Below are positions 26,239-36,257 of a stretch of 58,606 nucleotides of DNA, piece by piece. The stretch spans positions 1 through 58,606 of the IMG/VR virus record IMGVR_UViG_3300026528_000001; one strand, given 5' to 3'. This stretch comes from a virus. Taxonomy: Duplodnaviria; Caudoviricetes. The notes beneath the pieces are model-generated. The model saw only the letters and a program-made list of their open reading frames with translations, searched no databases and was not told where the DNA came from. Position numbers and translations under genes: made by a program. Numbering within the stretch: the stretch's first letter is position 1; each line of letters starts with the position of its first letter.

Positions 26239-26546
26239 AGGCTCCCATCTGGCAGTCTGGCTTGACTCCAGAGCAAGAGCGTGACATCGCTTACCAGGAG
26301 CGGAACCTCCTGGTCCTGCGCTATGCTGATGGCTGGTACTACGATACTCAAAACAACTGGGAAGGTTGGAAGCGTGTTCTCAGTCTCGACGGTGGCCGCA
26401 TGTGCTTTCACATCCCAGACGACTTCCCTGTCGGCAATCTGCCTGAGATCAAGCCCAATTGGGATGGCCATTCCACCCGTGAGAAGTGGGAACGCGTGAT
26501 GATGAAATTTGGCATCCAGCCGGAAGGCTATGGTTCTGATTCTTAG
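26235..26546 (+). CDS. WDGH-motif protein
   Basis: MCFHI...PNWDGHSTREKWER. Confidence 0.7.
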   Translation: MKAPIWQSGLTPEQERDIAYQERNLLVLRYADGWYYDTQNNWEGWKRVLSLDGGRMCFHIPDDFPVGNLPEIKPNWDGHSTREKWERVMMKFGIQPEGYGSDS

Positions 26547-26582
26547 CGTGCCCCATGCGCCCACGGAGGAGAAGGCTGGAGC

Positions 26583-28493
26583 ATGAGCGAAAAGTCTGAC
26601 CTCACGCCTCCCGAGGCGGAACTCGAACGCAAGATCCTGGGTTGGTGTGCTTCCGCATTGGAAGAAGGCGAGCTATTCCTCAAGCAACAGAAGGGCTATA
26701 GCAAGATTTCTGAGACGATTGACGCTATTTCCGGTGACGATTTGCCCGTGAAATCTGTCTCTCTCTCGACCACCACCTGCAACCAATTAGGTCATATCGC
26801 ACTGAACCTAAGTGCTGCAATGACTGATGTTAAACCGTTCTGGGAATACAAGACCTTCAACAAAAAATACGAGCCCCAACAAGTGGCCCTAGGCAAACTC
26901 TCCCTCCACCTCTGGCTGCAGCGCCGCCTCAACATGCGCTATGCCGACACAGTGAGGTATTGGGTTGCGGCCGGAACCGGATTTATGCATCCCTACTACA
27001 ACCCGATTACCGGCGACCTTGACGCCTCCGCCGAGGATCCTCGGGACATCCTCCCCGTCCGTCCCAGTTCCTACGTTTCCATCCAGGATGCGGTTGGGGT
27101 CATCATGCGTCGGGAGCGGTCGGTCAACTACCTCAAGCAGAGGTATCCTGAGAAGGCGCACCTGATCAAGCCGGACCGTGACTCCTCTCTCGCCAAACTC
27201 TCTACCTCCACGCGTGCGGGTCGCCTCCTGCAATCGATCAACGCCTTCTCCCCCTTTGCCGAATATCTCTTTGGCAACAAGCCGTCCCAAGACATCAAGG
27301 GGATTCCCGTCTGTGACGAGTTCATCCTCTACGTCAAGTCCGACGAAATTCACCGGGGCACCACTCCCATCATCATGGGGGACCCCGAGACCAACTGGTC
27401 CTACACGGTCAACCCCGGGGAAAAAAAGTACCCTCGCGGCCGGCGTATCCCGTTCACCCGGACCACAGTCTTGGAAGACGGCCCCAACCAGTACTGGCAC
27501 GGCCTGTTTCCACTCTGCAAGCTGACACTCGACCCATGGCCCTGGACTTGGCTTGGCAAGGCTCCGCTCTGGGACCTCCTGCCTCTCCAGAAGGCTCTGG
27601 ACTGCAACATCCGCGTCGTGGACGATCACAACGAGAAGCTGGCCCGCCCCGACCTGATTGCCGACAAAAACGCGGTCTCCCGCGCCGCGCTGGATCGCAT
27701 AGACACGCGCAAGGGCGGGCTGAAGATGCAGCAGAATCCGCTCGGGGGCAAGGGCATCCAATTGCAGTACCCGAACCCACTGGACCCATCGATCCGGGAC
27801 TACATCACTTTCCTGATCGACCGGATGGACACCTACTCTGGGATCAAGGATGTGAGTTCCTTGATGCGCTTGGGGCAAATCCCGTCATCCGAGACTATCG
27901 AGAAGATTCTCGAAAGTATGACCCCGGCCATCCGTCTCCGCTCCCAGGCCGCCGAAGCCTTCATGACCGAGTTTGCGATGATGACGGCTTCGAATGTGAT
28001 GCAGTTCTATACTCTGCCCATGCGCCTCGCCATCCTCGGCCCATCCGGTCTCACTTTCGAAGACTTCGACTATGACCCGGGCACCATGGTTCCCGATTAC
28101 ATTCACCCGGAGGACCACAACAACTTCGGCGACGTGACTCCCGAAGCGCTCCTGCGTGGCCCTCGCCCTCGTTATGACCGTGCCCGTGAGTTCTTGCGCC
28201 AGTTCACCTACCACATTGCTCCAGGTTCTCTCCTGGCGGCCTCGGAGATCACCAGGAAGCTTTTGTACCTGCAATTGGCGCGTGCTGGGATGGTCGATGT
28301 TTGGACACTTTTAGAAATATTGGGAGTGCCAAATGTAGGCGAGCCGCCCGAAGGAACGGGGAATACCATCACCGCCCGCCTGATTGCGCAGCAGCAAATG
28401 GGCTTCGGGCCTAATGCGACGAGTGTGGGTAGAAAAGCTTCGGGACAGGAAATGCCTCAAATGACTCCCGGCGGGATTGTGGAGTCAAGATAA
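26583..28493 (+). CDS. Portal protein
   Basis: 636 aa after terminase; GTGF, YWHGLFP, DLLPLQKALD and SGIKDV pattern typical of P22-like portals. Confidence 0.85.
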   Translation: MSEKSDLTPPEAELERKILGWCASALEEGELFLKQQKGYSKISETIDAISGDDLPVKSVSLSTTTCNQLGHIALNLSAAMTDVKPFWEYKTFNKKYEPQQVALGKLSLHLWLQRRLNMRYADTVRYWVAAGTGFMHPYYNPITGDLDASAEDPRDILPVRPSSYVSIQDAVGVIMRRERSVNYLKQRYPEKAHLIKPDRDSSLAKLSTSTRAGRLLQSINAFSPFAEYLFGNKPSQDIKGIPVCDEFILYVKSDEIHRGTTPIIMGDPETNWSYTVNPGEKKYPRGRRIPFTRTTVLEDGPNQYWHGLFPLCKLTLDPWPWTWLGKAPLWDLLPLQKALDCNIRVVDDHNEKLARPDLIADKNAVSRAALDRIDTRKGGLKMQQNPLGGKGIQLQYPNPLDPSIRDYITFLIDRMDTYSGIKDVSSLMRLGQIPSSETIEKILESMTPAIRLRSQAAEAFMTEFAMMTASNVMQFYTLPMRLAILGPSGLTFEDFDYDPGTMVPDYIHPEDHNNFGDVTPEALLRGPRPRYDRAREFLRQFTYHIAPGSLLAASEITRKLLYLQLARAGMVDVWTLLEILGVPNVGEPPEGTGNTITARLIAQQQMGFGPNATSVGRKASGQEMPQMTPGGIVESR

Positions 28494-29150
28494 GCTATGG
28501 TCTTCCTTCTTTCGTCTGTCGTGTTTTTTCATCTCGGGCGGCTTCGTTGTGAGTGCTCTTTCAACAGACCATCCTGCCTTGAGTCTGTTGAAAAGCGTCG
28601 GCTGTCGGATTCCGGTGACTCTCGCCCATTCGGTCACACAGAGAGTCTTTCCTTGAAAGGTCAGATAGGTGCTGGAGCGGCGGTTCTGCGCCTGTTGCGT
28701 TTTTGTTGCCCAGACACAGTTCTCAGGCGAATAAGGTCCCTCATTATTCTTTCGTTCCAGGGTATGCTGCGACGTTGGGCGTGGTCCCATGTCTTTGTAG
28801 AAGGCTTCAAAGGAATTGAGCCACCTCTCGCAAACTGTGATTCCCCGTGCGCCGTAACGGAAAAACCCAGTGTCATTCGGTCTGTAGCAACGGCCTTTCA
28901 TCGCGTCCCAGATCTTAAACTCGCGCGAGCGTGTGAGTCCGTGTGTTGTTTTGGTTTCGCGTATCCAGTCCTTCAACAGGCAACCGCAAGACTTTGTGTG
29001 GCCGGTTGTGAGGTTCTGTGCCTGTACGATCACTTCCCTGCCGCACTCACATTGGCAGAGCCAGTAGGTTCTTTTGTTCTCAGTTCTATCTTCCGAAATT
29101 ACTGTGAGTCTGTTGAAGTGTCGGTCTGTAAGATTAATCTTACGCGACAT
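28485..29150 (-). CDS. HNH homing-endonuclease-like protein
   Basis: LT...F.RLTVI, WLCQCECG, SCGC, YGARGITVC.RW and TLERKNN.GPYSPENC.WAT. Confidence 0.9.
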   Translation of the reverse strand: MSRKINLTDRHFNRLTVISEDRTENKRTYWLCQCECGREVIVQAQNLTTGHTKSCGCLLKDWIRETKTTHGLTRSREFKIWDAMKGRCYRPNDTGFFRYGARGITVCERWLNSFEAFYKDMGPRPTSQHTLERKNNEGPYSPENCVWATKTQQAQNRRSSTYLTFQGKTLCVTEWARVTGIRQPTLFNRLKAGWSVERALTTKPPEMKKHDRRKKEDHSLS

Positions 29151-29226
29151 GGTTCCTCCAGGTTAGGAACTGTGTTGACAGGGCCGATAGGAAGTAGCAT
29201 TCCCATCGGCCCGTTATCTTAGCATA
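29151..29226 (-). promoter_or_regulatory. -10 box plus two-hairpin leader of HNH gene 1
   Basis: TATGCT; GGGCCGAT..ATCGGCCC hairpin; CAACACA; GTTCCT-AACCT-GGAGGAAC hairpin covering the SD. Confidence 0.65.
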
Positions 29227-29228
29227 CT

Positions 29229-29390
29229 ATGACCGTCTCCGAGCTTCTCGACAAACTCTCGTCCTTCCCCCCGGAGATGGATGTGTGGATTTCAGGTGAC
29301 GGTCCCGCCACCGACGTCCGTGTCGCCGGCCGCGCTCTGGAGGAGTACATCGTCATCGACGCCGCCGAGGACGAAGAGTTCCCCGGCTAG
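29229..29390 (+). CDS. Small acidic protein (53 aa)
   Basis: Manual translation MTVSELLDKLSSFPPEMDVWIS... Confidence 0.6.
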   Translation: MTVSELLDKLSSFPPEMDVWISGDGPATDVRVAGRALEEYIVIDAAEDEEFPG

Positions 29391-29409
29391 AAAGAGGAGG
29401 AATAAAACT

Positions 29410-29727
29410 GTGGGCTATCATACAGGCCGCCAGTCGGTCACGACTCCAGGAACGAGAGTCGCTCTCACCCCTGCTGTGCGCACCCCTGCCTCCTGGACCA
29501 CCATTCAGGCCTGGGACGGCAACACCGGAGCCATCTACGTCGGGGACCGGACCGTGGCCTACGACGCTTCTGCGAACGGCAAGAGTTACACAGGTCATAA
29601 GCTCGTCCCGGGGGATTTCAAGAATCTCCGTGAGATCGGCGGCACCACGTATTTGGACCTGCAGAACGTGTACATCGATGCCGATAACGCCGCTGACGGA
29701 TGTTGCTTCGATTACGGAGCCAGGTAG
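29410..29727 (+). CDS. Putative minor virion beta-sandwich protein
   Basis: GTG with GAGGAGG RBS; IQAW.GNTGAIYVGD motif. Confidence 0.6.
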   Translation: MGYHTGRQSVTTPGTRVALTPAVRTPASWTTIQAWDGNTGAIYVGDRTVAYDASANGKSYTGHKLVPGDFKNLREIGGTTYLDLQNVYIDADNAADGCCFDYGAR

Positions 29728-29728
29728 A

Positions 29729-30826
29729 ATGAAATTCAAGCTTCTCTTCCTTCTCGTCCTCCTCACGCCCTTGCGGGCTTACTCACAGATGGGCATCGCC
29801 CGCGGCATCGCCCAGGTCCCTGCCCCCCCCACCACCCCATGCTCCCAAGGCGCGGTCCGCTTCGCCCGCTCCACCAACCTCGTCTACCTCTGCGGCCCGA
29901 ATAACACCTGGACCGCCGTGGGCGCCGCCGCGGGCACGGTCACCGGCACGGGTACGGCCAACCAGTTCCCGATCTTCACCGGGACGTCCACCATCGGGAA
30001 CTCCATCCTGACTCAGGGAACCAATCTCCTCGAGCAGAAGGCCACCACGAACCCGCAGACGTTCCGCGTCTACGAAACCACCGCGAATACCGGCAGCGTG
30101 GCTCAGATCCAGGCGCTCTCGACCGCAAACACAGTGCGCTTAGGAAGCAAAATCCTCAACGGCGCCGCCACCGCGCGCGCTACCGAGTGGGGCTACGAGA
30201 ACCAGGCGGGGACCTTTCTGGGCTGGTCCGTTTCAACCTCCGGGCACTTGAACGCTGCCGGCACCAATCTTGAGATCGGGAATACCAACGCTCCGAAGGC
30301 GCTCTACCTCGGCGGGACCAACGGGCAGGGTTTGTTGAACTTCAACGGGACGACCGCCGGAACACTTACAATTGCCGCCCCGGCGTCGATCACAAGTTAC
30401 ACGCTGACTTGGCCTGCCGCCGTGGGTGCCGCGAATACATTCGTCAAGACGGACGCGAGCGGGAATCTCAGCTACTCGAACACGTTCAATCAGCCCATTC
30501 TGCGCGGCATTGCCACCGCCACACTAACCGACGCCGCCACCATCGCCACGGACGCCTCTCTCGGCAATCACTTCCGGGTCACACTCGCAGGCAACCGGAC
30601 TCTAGGAAACCCGACCAACGCCACGGATGGGCAGAAAATCGTGTGGGAAGTGATTCAGGACTCGACAGGGAGCCGCACTCTTTCATTTGACACCCAGTTT
30701 GCCTTTGGTTCGGATGTCGCCAGTTGCATTGTTTCCACCACCGCGAGCAAGCGAGATTTCATTGGGGCCATATACAATTCGACAGCCACGAAGTGGTACG
30801 TCACAAGTTGTGTCAGGGGGTACTGA
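29729..30826 (+). CDS. Fibre-like protein with N-terminal signal peptide
   Basis: MKFKLLFLLVLLTPLRAYSQ; T/G/A-rich; GTVTGTGT; C-terminal TLAGNRTLGNPTN..IQD.TGSRTL fibre-type domain. Confidence 0.75.
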   Translation: MKFKLLFLLVLLTPLRAYSQMGIARGIAQVPAPPTTPCSQGAVRFARSTNLVYLCGPNNTWTAVGAAAGTVTGTGTANQFPIFTGTSTIGNSILTQGTNLLEQKATTNPQTFRVYETTANTGSVAQIQALSTANTVRLGSKILNGAATARATEWGYENQAGTFLGWSVSTSGHLNAAGTNLEIGNTNAPKALYLGGTNGQGLLNFNGTTAGTLTIAAPASITSYTLTWPAAVGAANTFVKTDASGNLSYSNTFNQPILRGIATATLTDAATIATDASLGNHFRVTLAGNRTLGNPTNATDGQKIVWEVIQDSTGSRTLSFDTQFAFGSDVASCIVSTTASKRDFIGAIYNSTATKWYVTSCVRGY

Positions 30827-31447
30827 ATGCTAAGACGCAAACTCCTCGCCACCGTCCTTTCCGCCATTCTCGCCTTCCCGCCGCTCTTCCTCTTCGGCTC
30901 AGTCACGAAGATCACTTACGGCACCTCGACCGCTATCACTTGCACACTGGCCTCTCTTGCCCAGGCAGCCGCTCGTGAGAGCACCGCCGTGGACAATACC
31001 TCGAACCTCTTCCTTGACGTTCTGGTCTACGTGGCGGTCACGTTGCAAAGCGGCTCGCCAGCCTCGGACAAGCAGATCGTCATCTATGCCTACGGCAGTG
31101 AGGATGGGACTAACTACACAGACAACGCCACCGGGACCGACGCGGCTGTCACGCTTCGCATTCCCGCCAATTTCCGCGTGATCGGCGTTATCGCCACGCC
31201 TGATTCCGGGTCTCTTCTTTACAAGAGTCACCCTATGAGTATTGCCGCGGCCTTCGGCGGCGTTATGCCACGCAAGTGGGGCATTGTTGTGGAAAACCGG
31301 ACCAATATCACGTTCAACGCAACCGAGAACACGCACACGAAAAGCTACACAGGCATCACGCTCACTACTGTCGAGACCCGTCCTCTCACGCTTCCGTTCA
31401 CGGATGGGGAGCCGCAATACCCAATCGAACTGCTGAGGGTCGCATGA
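30827..31447 (+). CDS. Virion-associated beta-rich protein with signal peptide
   Basis: MLRRKLLATVLSAILAFPPLFLFG followed by TLASLA...RESTAVDN. Confidence 0.65.
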   Translation: MLRRKLLATVLSAILAFPPLFLFGSVTKITYGTSTAITCTLASLAQAAARESTAVDNTSNLFLDVLVYVAVTLQSGSPASDKQIVIYAYGSEDGTNYTDNATGTDAAVTLRIPANFRVIGVIATPDSGSLLYKSHPMSIAAAFGGVMPRKWGIVVENRTNITFNATENTHTKSYTGITLTTVETRPLTLPFTDGEPQYPIELLRVA

Positions 31448-32370
31448 AGAAGGCTTTTGTTCTGATCTTCATCCTTCTTACTCTGACGGGATGCCCCAGG
31501 AAACTTCAGGCTCAGGCTCTGCGCAAGGGATGGGGAAACACAAAGCCGCCGATCGGGACGCAACTCCGAATCGGATACCCCTGGTCTGTGGGCTTGCGGA
31601 TTGCCGTGGTGTTCAACGGGCTCCAGATCAGCGTGGGTTCCGCCGGCGGAAATCAGGTGATCAATTACGGCACTTGGCCGGTGGGCCCGGTAACTCTCGG
31701 TTCCACCACATCGGCGGGCCCTCGATTAAGCGGGCCCGATCAGGTGACCCCGACTATTGCCAGGAAAGGCGGCGGCAGGCGTGTGGTTCTTTCCGATGTC
31801 TCCTACAGGGTGCAGTTTGACAATTCCAATATGATACCAACCGGCGGCGGGACTACCATCCTGATGGGGCACCAGAAGACGGACACGACAGCGCGCGCCG
31901 CGATTGGGTTCTCCACGGGCAGCACCGCCGCAGCCTACTGTAATGCGCTTATCCGCTACACTGGCCTTGGGACGCAGTTCTACTACGGAGGCGCCGTCGA
32001 GACGGCAAGTCTTGTCACTTGGGTGACGCCATCTGGGAATGCCGACGACGATGACATCTGGGCCTTCTCGACGGGTCCGCGCGGTATGGAGATCTGGAAA
32101 AACGGCGTCATCGGGGCAAGCAATAGCGCCGATCCAACAAGGTCAGCAAGCACAGATCCCTTCACGATCGGGAGTCCATCGGGTACCGATAGCGATCTTG
32201 TGATCCGGGATTTTTTCTATCTCTGGGCGCGTCAACTGACCACAACCGAGATCGCCTACTTGAGCAAATTCCCGTTTGACGTCTTCACGCCGCCTCCCAA
32301 CTGGCTGTCTGTCTTTGCGGCATCTGCGGCAGGTGGTAACTTCACGACCTTCCACGGGGGCGGGAAATGA
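31444..32370 (+). CDS. LamG/ConA-like protein with lipobox-type signal
   Basis: MKKAFVLIFILLTLTGC; EIWKNGV...FTIG...LWARQLTTTEI. Confidence 0.6.
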   Translation: MKKAFVLIFILLTLTGCPRKLQAQALRKGWGNTKPPIGTQLRIGYPWSVGLRIAVVFNGLQISVGSAGGNQVINYGTWPVGPVTLGSTTSAGPRLSGPDQVTPTIARKGGGRRVVLSDVSYRVQFDNSNMIPTGGGTTILMGHQKTDTTARAAIGFSTGSTAAAYCNALIRYTGLGTQFYYGGAVETASLVTWVTPSGNADDDDIWAFSTGPRGMEIWKNGVIGASNSADPTRSASTDPFTIGSPSGTDSDLVIRDFFYLWARQLTTTEIAYLSKFPFDVFTPPPNWLSVFAASAAGGNFTTFHGGGK

Positions 32371-32993
32371 AACGAATCACTCTCGCGATAATCCTTACGC
32401 TCATCCTCGCCTTGGACACCGTGGCGTCTACCAGTTGGTCGATCTGGCCCAAGACTTCCACCAAGGTGAAAGTCTCCGGCACGGACGTCTACTTCGACTT
32501 CCCGGCACCGCCCGACACGGCCAATTACCTGCTCAAGCCGTTCACGACTCCGATCTTCTCTTCAGTCACGGCTTCCTTCAGTCTGACCATGGACCCGGGC
32601 GCCTTCTTCACTTGGTGCGGCGCCCCGTGTGGCAACCCGTGTCCTGATCCGGCAAAGACCCGGCTTTATCTCGAACAACTGGATCCTCCCACATGCGATT
32701 GGAACGACCCCGAAACGCCGTGCCAATACCATCGATGGTGGAGCAATCCCGTCTCCCAGGAACTAGTAGCCGGAGATTTCATGCTGGCGGTGCCGCTCAC
32801 TCCCGACCAGTGGTCGAGCGTCTACGGACGGTTCGGGACTTATGACGCAACGGCGATGGCGGCGTTTTACACGGCGCTACAGAACCTCAATCGGATCGGC
32901 ATGTCCTTTGGCGGCGGATGCTTTTTCGGGCATGGCGTGAGCGTGGCTGGGGGCAACGCCCGCTTCACGCTCCACTCGTACACAGCACAGTGA
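32367..32993 (+). CDS. Secreted Cys-rich beta protein
   Basis: MKRITLAIILTLILALDTVAS signal; six Cys; RWWSNP, WSSVYG and FGGGCFFGHG. Confidence 0.7.
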   Translation: MKRITLAIILTLILALDTVASTSWSIWPKTSTKVKVSGTDVYFDFPAPPDTANYLLKPFTTPIFSSVTASFSLTMDPGAFFTWCGAPCGNPCPDPAKTRLYLEQLDPPTCDWNDPETPCQYHRWWSNPVSQELVAGDFMLAVPLTPDQWSSVYGRFGTYDATAMAAFYTALQNLNRIGMSFGGGCFFGHGVSVAGGNARFTLHSYTAQ

Positions 32994-33281
32994 GTGATGG
33001 AATGGACCATAGTACTTGTGGCGTTACTCTCCATGTTTGGCCTTGGCGTGCTGGTTGGCTGGCTCCTGCGCGGCGACACAAAGTCAGAAACGTCAGTGAC
33101 CCTGGCAGCGGACATCCGGGAGAAAAAGTCCCAACTGGCTCTTCTCACTCTCCGGGAACTTGTGGACGTGGTTACCGTGATCCCGTGGCAGGACAATCAC
33201 GAAGACGTGGAGCACAGCGTGGAGCGTGCCGCCAAGATAATCAACAGGCTCAGGCTGCTCCAGGAGGAGAATCAAAAGTGA
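32994..33281 (+). CDS. N-terminal TM plus helical protein
   Basis: WTIVLVALLSMFGLGVLVGWLL. Confidence 0.65.
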   Translation: MMEWTIVLVALLSMFGLGVLVGWLLRGDTKSETSVTLAADIREKKSQLALLTLRELVDVVTVIPWQDNHEDVEHSVERAAKIINRLRLLQEENQK

Positions 33282-33323
33282 ATTGTTTTCCTACACTCTT
33301 GTGTCGTATAAGGTAAGGCCAGG

Positions 33324-33521
33324 ATGGCTGAGTCAAAGTCGGACAAGATCACCGAGTCAGTCGGCAAGGAACTCAAAGATAATCCGCCCGCGATTCTGGC
33401 CTCCACGAAACGGAAGTTCGGCGCCGCGCGGGCCGAGAGTCAGCGCCGTGCTATCCTACTCTCCAAAGCTCGTCGCATGGGCGCTCGTATTCCGAAACCA
33501 AAAAGCATGAAGGAGTACTAA
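33324..33521 (+). CDS. Small basic head-module protein
   Basis: K/R-rich; AILLSKARRMGARIPK. Confidence 0.7.
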   Translation: MAESKSDKITESVGKELKDNPPAILASTKRKFGAARAESQRRAILLSKARRMGARIPKPKSMKEY

Positions 33522-33525
33522 AACC

Positions 33526-33688
33526 ATGGCAGGCAGTCTAGTCAAAGGTCCCGCAAACTCACCCGCCTCTCCGGGAGGACACAGGGGTTTGCGTGGCAAA
33601 GGCGGGCGCAGGTCTACAGGTAAAAAGGGATTCATGAACACTCCGGCGCAGGCCCCACAGAAGGGCTTCGGGTCCAAGAAAGGCTGAG
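33526..33688 (+). CDS. Small Gly/Lys-rich protein
   Basis: AAGGAG RBS; MAGSLVKGPANSP...KGFGSKKG; coordinates approximate to 1 nt. Confidence 0.55.
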
Positions 33689-33692
33689 TTAC

Positions 33693-34133
33693 ATGCCTGT
33701 TATCCACCCTCCCATGGACCGCTCCGGCGTGGACCTCGACAACCCGCCGCCTTCGCCGTCCGGGACACCCGTGAAGCCTCCCGGTCTCCTGCAGGGTCTG
33801 GCCGGCCGCGGACCCGCACCGTCATTCCAGGGACCGGGCATGGGACCCATGGGCAGTTCGCCTCAGACACTTGTCCTCTCCGAACTTATGAGTGTGGAGA
33901 ACAGTCTCAAGCGCATTGCCACGGTCCTTCCGGGAACCATCTCGGCAATCGGCCCAATGATCGACGCTCTCCGTCAAAGCATCCCGCGCGCCCTGGCGGA
34001 ATCGGGCGCTGGTCAGCAGTCCCCTGCCCTCGCAGCTCCGCCTGTGCCGGGCCAGGGCATGATCCCACCGCCTGTTCCCGCGGTCCCGCTCCCAGCGATG
34101 GGGCCGCAATTGGGGCAGGCATTCATGGGTTAA
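33693..34133 (+). CDS. Pro-rich head-module protein
   Basis: Located between portal and scaffold. Confidence 0.65.
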   Translation: MPVIHPPMDRSGVDLDNPPPSPSGTPVKPPGLLQGLAGRGPAPSFQGPGMGPMGSSPQTLVLSELMSVENSLKRIATVLPGTISAIGPMIDALRQSIPRALAESGAGQQSPALAAPPVPGQGMIPPPVPAVPLPAMGPQLGQAFMG

Positions 34134-34212
34134 AAACCAAATCTTCCAGGCGTTAGGCCACAAAGAGGCTTCGCCTTCTGAGAGGCAGACGCTAGGGAAA
34201 GAGGCAAAACCA

Positions 34213-35031
34213 ATGGCAACCGACACATCCAACCTCCAAGCCTACTGGCAGGAGCTCGCCAAGCGTGCGGGTCTTCCTGAGGACAAGGCCAAACTGGTTT
34301 CAGACGCTCTTGCCGACGAGACCGTGCAGAAGACCTTCCGCGAGGGCTTCCGTGCGATGCCGGACTACAGTCGTGATCTTGATTCTGTCCGGGACCGCAC
34401 GAGAAAGGAAACCGGCGAGGCGGTGAAGTCTTACTATGACAAGTGGTACGCCACAGAGGCGCTTCCGGTTCTGACTAGTAAGGCAAAGGAGGCGGCCGAT
34501 TACAAGGCGTCACTGGACCGCTACCGCCAAGCCTACGGTGACCTTGACGGCGACAATGGCAACCGGCAGCAGATCATTACCCCGGCTTCGGGCGATTTCC
34601 TCTCCAAGGCCGAATTCACGGAGTATATGCGCTCCCGGGAGCAGGCGGAGATCAATGTCCTCAAGGCCGGTCTTACCGCTGCTTCCCATCACATGCACGT
34701 CTTCGGGAAACCTCTCGACGTGGACGCGGTTCTCAAGACCGCGGCCGAGAAAGGTCTGACCTTCGACGAGGCCTACCGCCAGTATGTGGCGCCGGAACTC
34801 GAGAAGAAGACGCAGGAGACTCGTGCCGCTGAATTGAAGGCTGCCCGCGAAGAGGGCGCTCGTGACGCTCTCTCACGTCACAAGATCCCGGTGGACGCCG
34901 GTCCCAAGGAATTTCACCCCTTCTTCGACCGCGAGGTTTCAGACGGCAAGACGCCTCCACCCACCGAGCGCGACTCCATGGCCGCGTTCGTCGAAGGGTG
35001 GTACGAAGCGGCAGAGAAACAGCAGAAGTAA
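34213..35031 (+). CDS. Capsid scaffolding protein
   Basis: Helical, charged 272-aa protein directly upstream of the major capsid gene. Confidence 0.7.
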   Translation: MATDTSNLQAYWQELAKRAGLPEDKAKLVSDALADETVQKTFREGFRAMPDYSRDLDSVRDRTRKETGEAVKSYYDKWYATEALPVLTSKAKEAADYKASLDRYRQAYGDLDGDNGNRQQIITPASGDFLSKAEFTEYMRSREQAEINVLKAGLTAASHHMHVFGKPLDVDAVLKTAAEKGLTFDEAYRQYVAPELEKKTQETRAAELKAAREEGARDALSRHKIPVDAGPKEFHPFFDREVSDGKTPPPTERDSMAAFVEGWYEAAEKQQK

Positions 35032-35100
35032 GTTCCCCTCGCCAGAGCCAGTCTTCTTCTGTGACTGTCCCTTCCCGAGGGAGAATAGGAGAAGACACGA

Positions 35101-36198
35101 ATGGCTGAATTAGACCAGCTTACAGTCGCAACAAAACGCTACATCCGCAAGACCCCCGCGTTGGTGGACAACGTCTTCAACCGGGATCCCTTCCTGGCCT
35201 ACGCCAAGCTGAACGTCAGGGAAGATTTCACCGGGGGCCGGCTCATTGGGGAAGATTTTGTCTATGACGCGCTGATCGGCGGGTTCTATCAGAAAGGCAA
35301 GGAATTCGACGTCACCGAGAAGCAGGTTGAACAGCAGGCGCAGTTTCTCATGAAGTTCGCCGAGGCGGGCGTCACCCTCAGCAAGGAAGACGTGCAGGTT
35401 CTCAACAAGGGGCCCGAGGCGTCCTTCCGCCTGATCGAATCGCGCCTTACCAATGCCTACATGACCATCGGGGCGCATATGGCTATCGCCCTCTACCTCA
35501 ACGGTGTCCGTGCCGGATTCACCCCGTTCTACAACGGCATTGCCGAGGCCCTCAACGACAACTCCACGGTCAGTTGGGACAACAACACCTACTCCACCTA
35601 CGGCGGCATCACGCGTGGCGGGGCAGTGGGCAACGCACTAAACAGTGCCCCGACCAATGTCAATGGAACTATCGAGTACAACACGCTCGAGGAAACCTAC
35701 GGGGACGCGAGCTTCGGGGATGCGGAGTTTGAACCTAATCTGGGTGTGACCACGGTCAAGGGATATTCGTACATCAAAGAGAAGTTTCAGACTCAGCAAA
35801 GATTTAATGACACGCAAGACCCGCGCATCGGGTTCAATGGACTCAAGTTCAACAACGCCACTCTGATCAAGTCGCGCTACGTTCCCGGGTCAGACATCGT
35901 GACCGCCAATACCGACTCGAACAAGATCGCGGTAGCGATGCTCAAGGAAACCTCGGGCAACGTCATCACCGCCTACCCCCCGCTTGCGGTTTCCGCGAGC
36001 GAGACCTTGCTATGGCTGAATTGCAGGAAACCCTTCTTTTTCTTCTACCTGTCGAACGATCCTGAGTTCGGTCTCGGCTTCACGGGGTTCAAGCCCGGGC
36101 AAGGAAACACCAAAATTGTCGGCCAGGTCTTGGCTGCCTCAGCCATCACGTTTCCTGGTCCTCGTTATCACCGCCAGATCCACGGGTTCACCGGCTAG
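35101..36198 (+). CDS. Major capsid protein
   Basis: 365 aa, AGGAG RBS, LVDNVF.RDP, YGGITR, RIGFNGLKFNNA; follows the scaffold. Confidence 0.85.
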   Translation: MAELDQLTVATKRYIRKTPALVDNVFNRDPFLAYAKLNVREDFTGGRLIGEDFVYDALIGGFYQKGKEFDVTEKQVEQQAQFLMKFAEAGVTLSKEDVQVLNKGPEASFRLIESRLTNAYMTIGAHMAIALYLNGVRAGFTPFYNGIAEALNDNSTVSWDNNTYSTYGGITRGGAVGNALNSAPTNVNGTIEYNTLEETYGDASFGDAEFEPNLGVTTVKGYSYIKEKFQTQQRFNDTQDPRIGFNGLKFNNATLIKSRYVPGSDIVTANTDSNKIAVAMLKETSGNVITAYPPLAVSASETLLWLNCRKPFFFFYLSNDPEFGLGFTGFKPGQGNTKIVGQVLAASAITFPGPRYHRQIHGFTG

Positions 36199-36218
36199 GG
36201 AGCTGCGCCCCCTAGGGA

Positions 36219-36238
36219 CCCCGGCCAAAAGCCGGGGC
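36219..36238 (+). terminator. GC hairpin after the capsid gene (terminator or mRNA-stability element)
   Basis: CCCCGGC-CAAAA-GCCGGGG; no U-tract. Confidence 0.35.
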
Positions 36239-36257
36239 TAAAGAAAGGAGACATTAG

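Noticed and set aside
28497-29222. Long plus-strand ORFs opposite the HNH genes (also 40084-40797) and other antisense ORFs such as 45158-46411 and 26889-27878
   Set aside because: Shadow frames of well-supported genes in GC-rich DNA; no motifs or RBS
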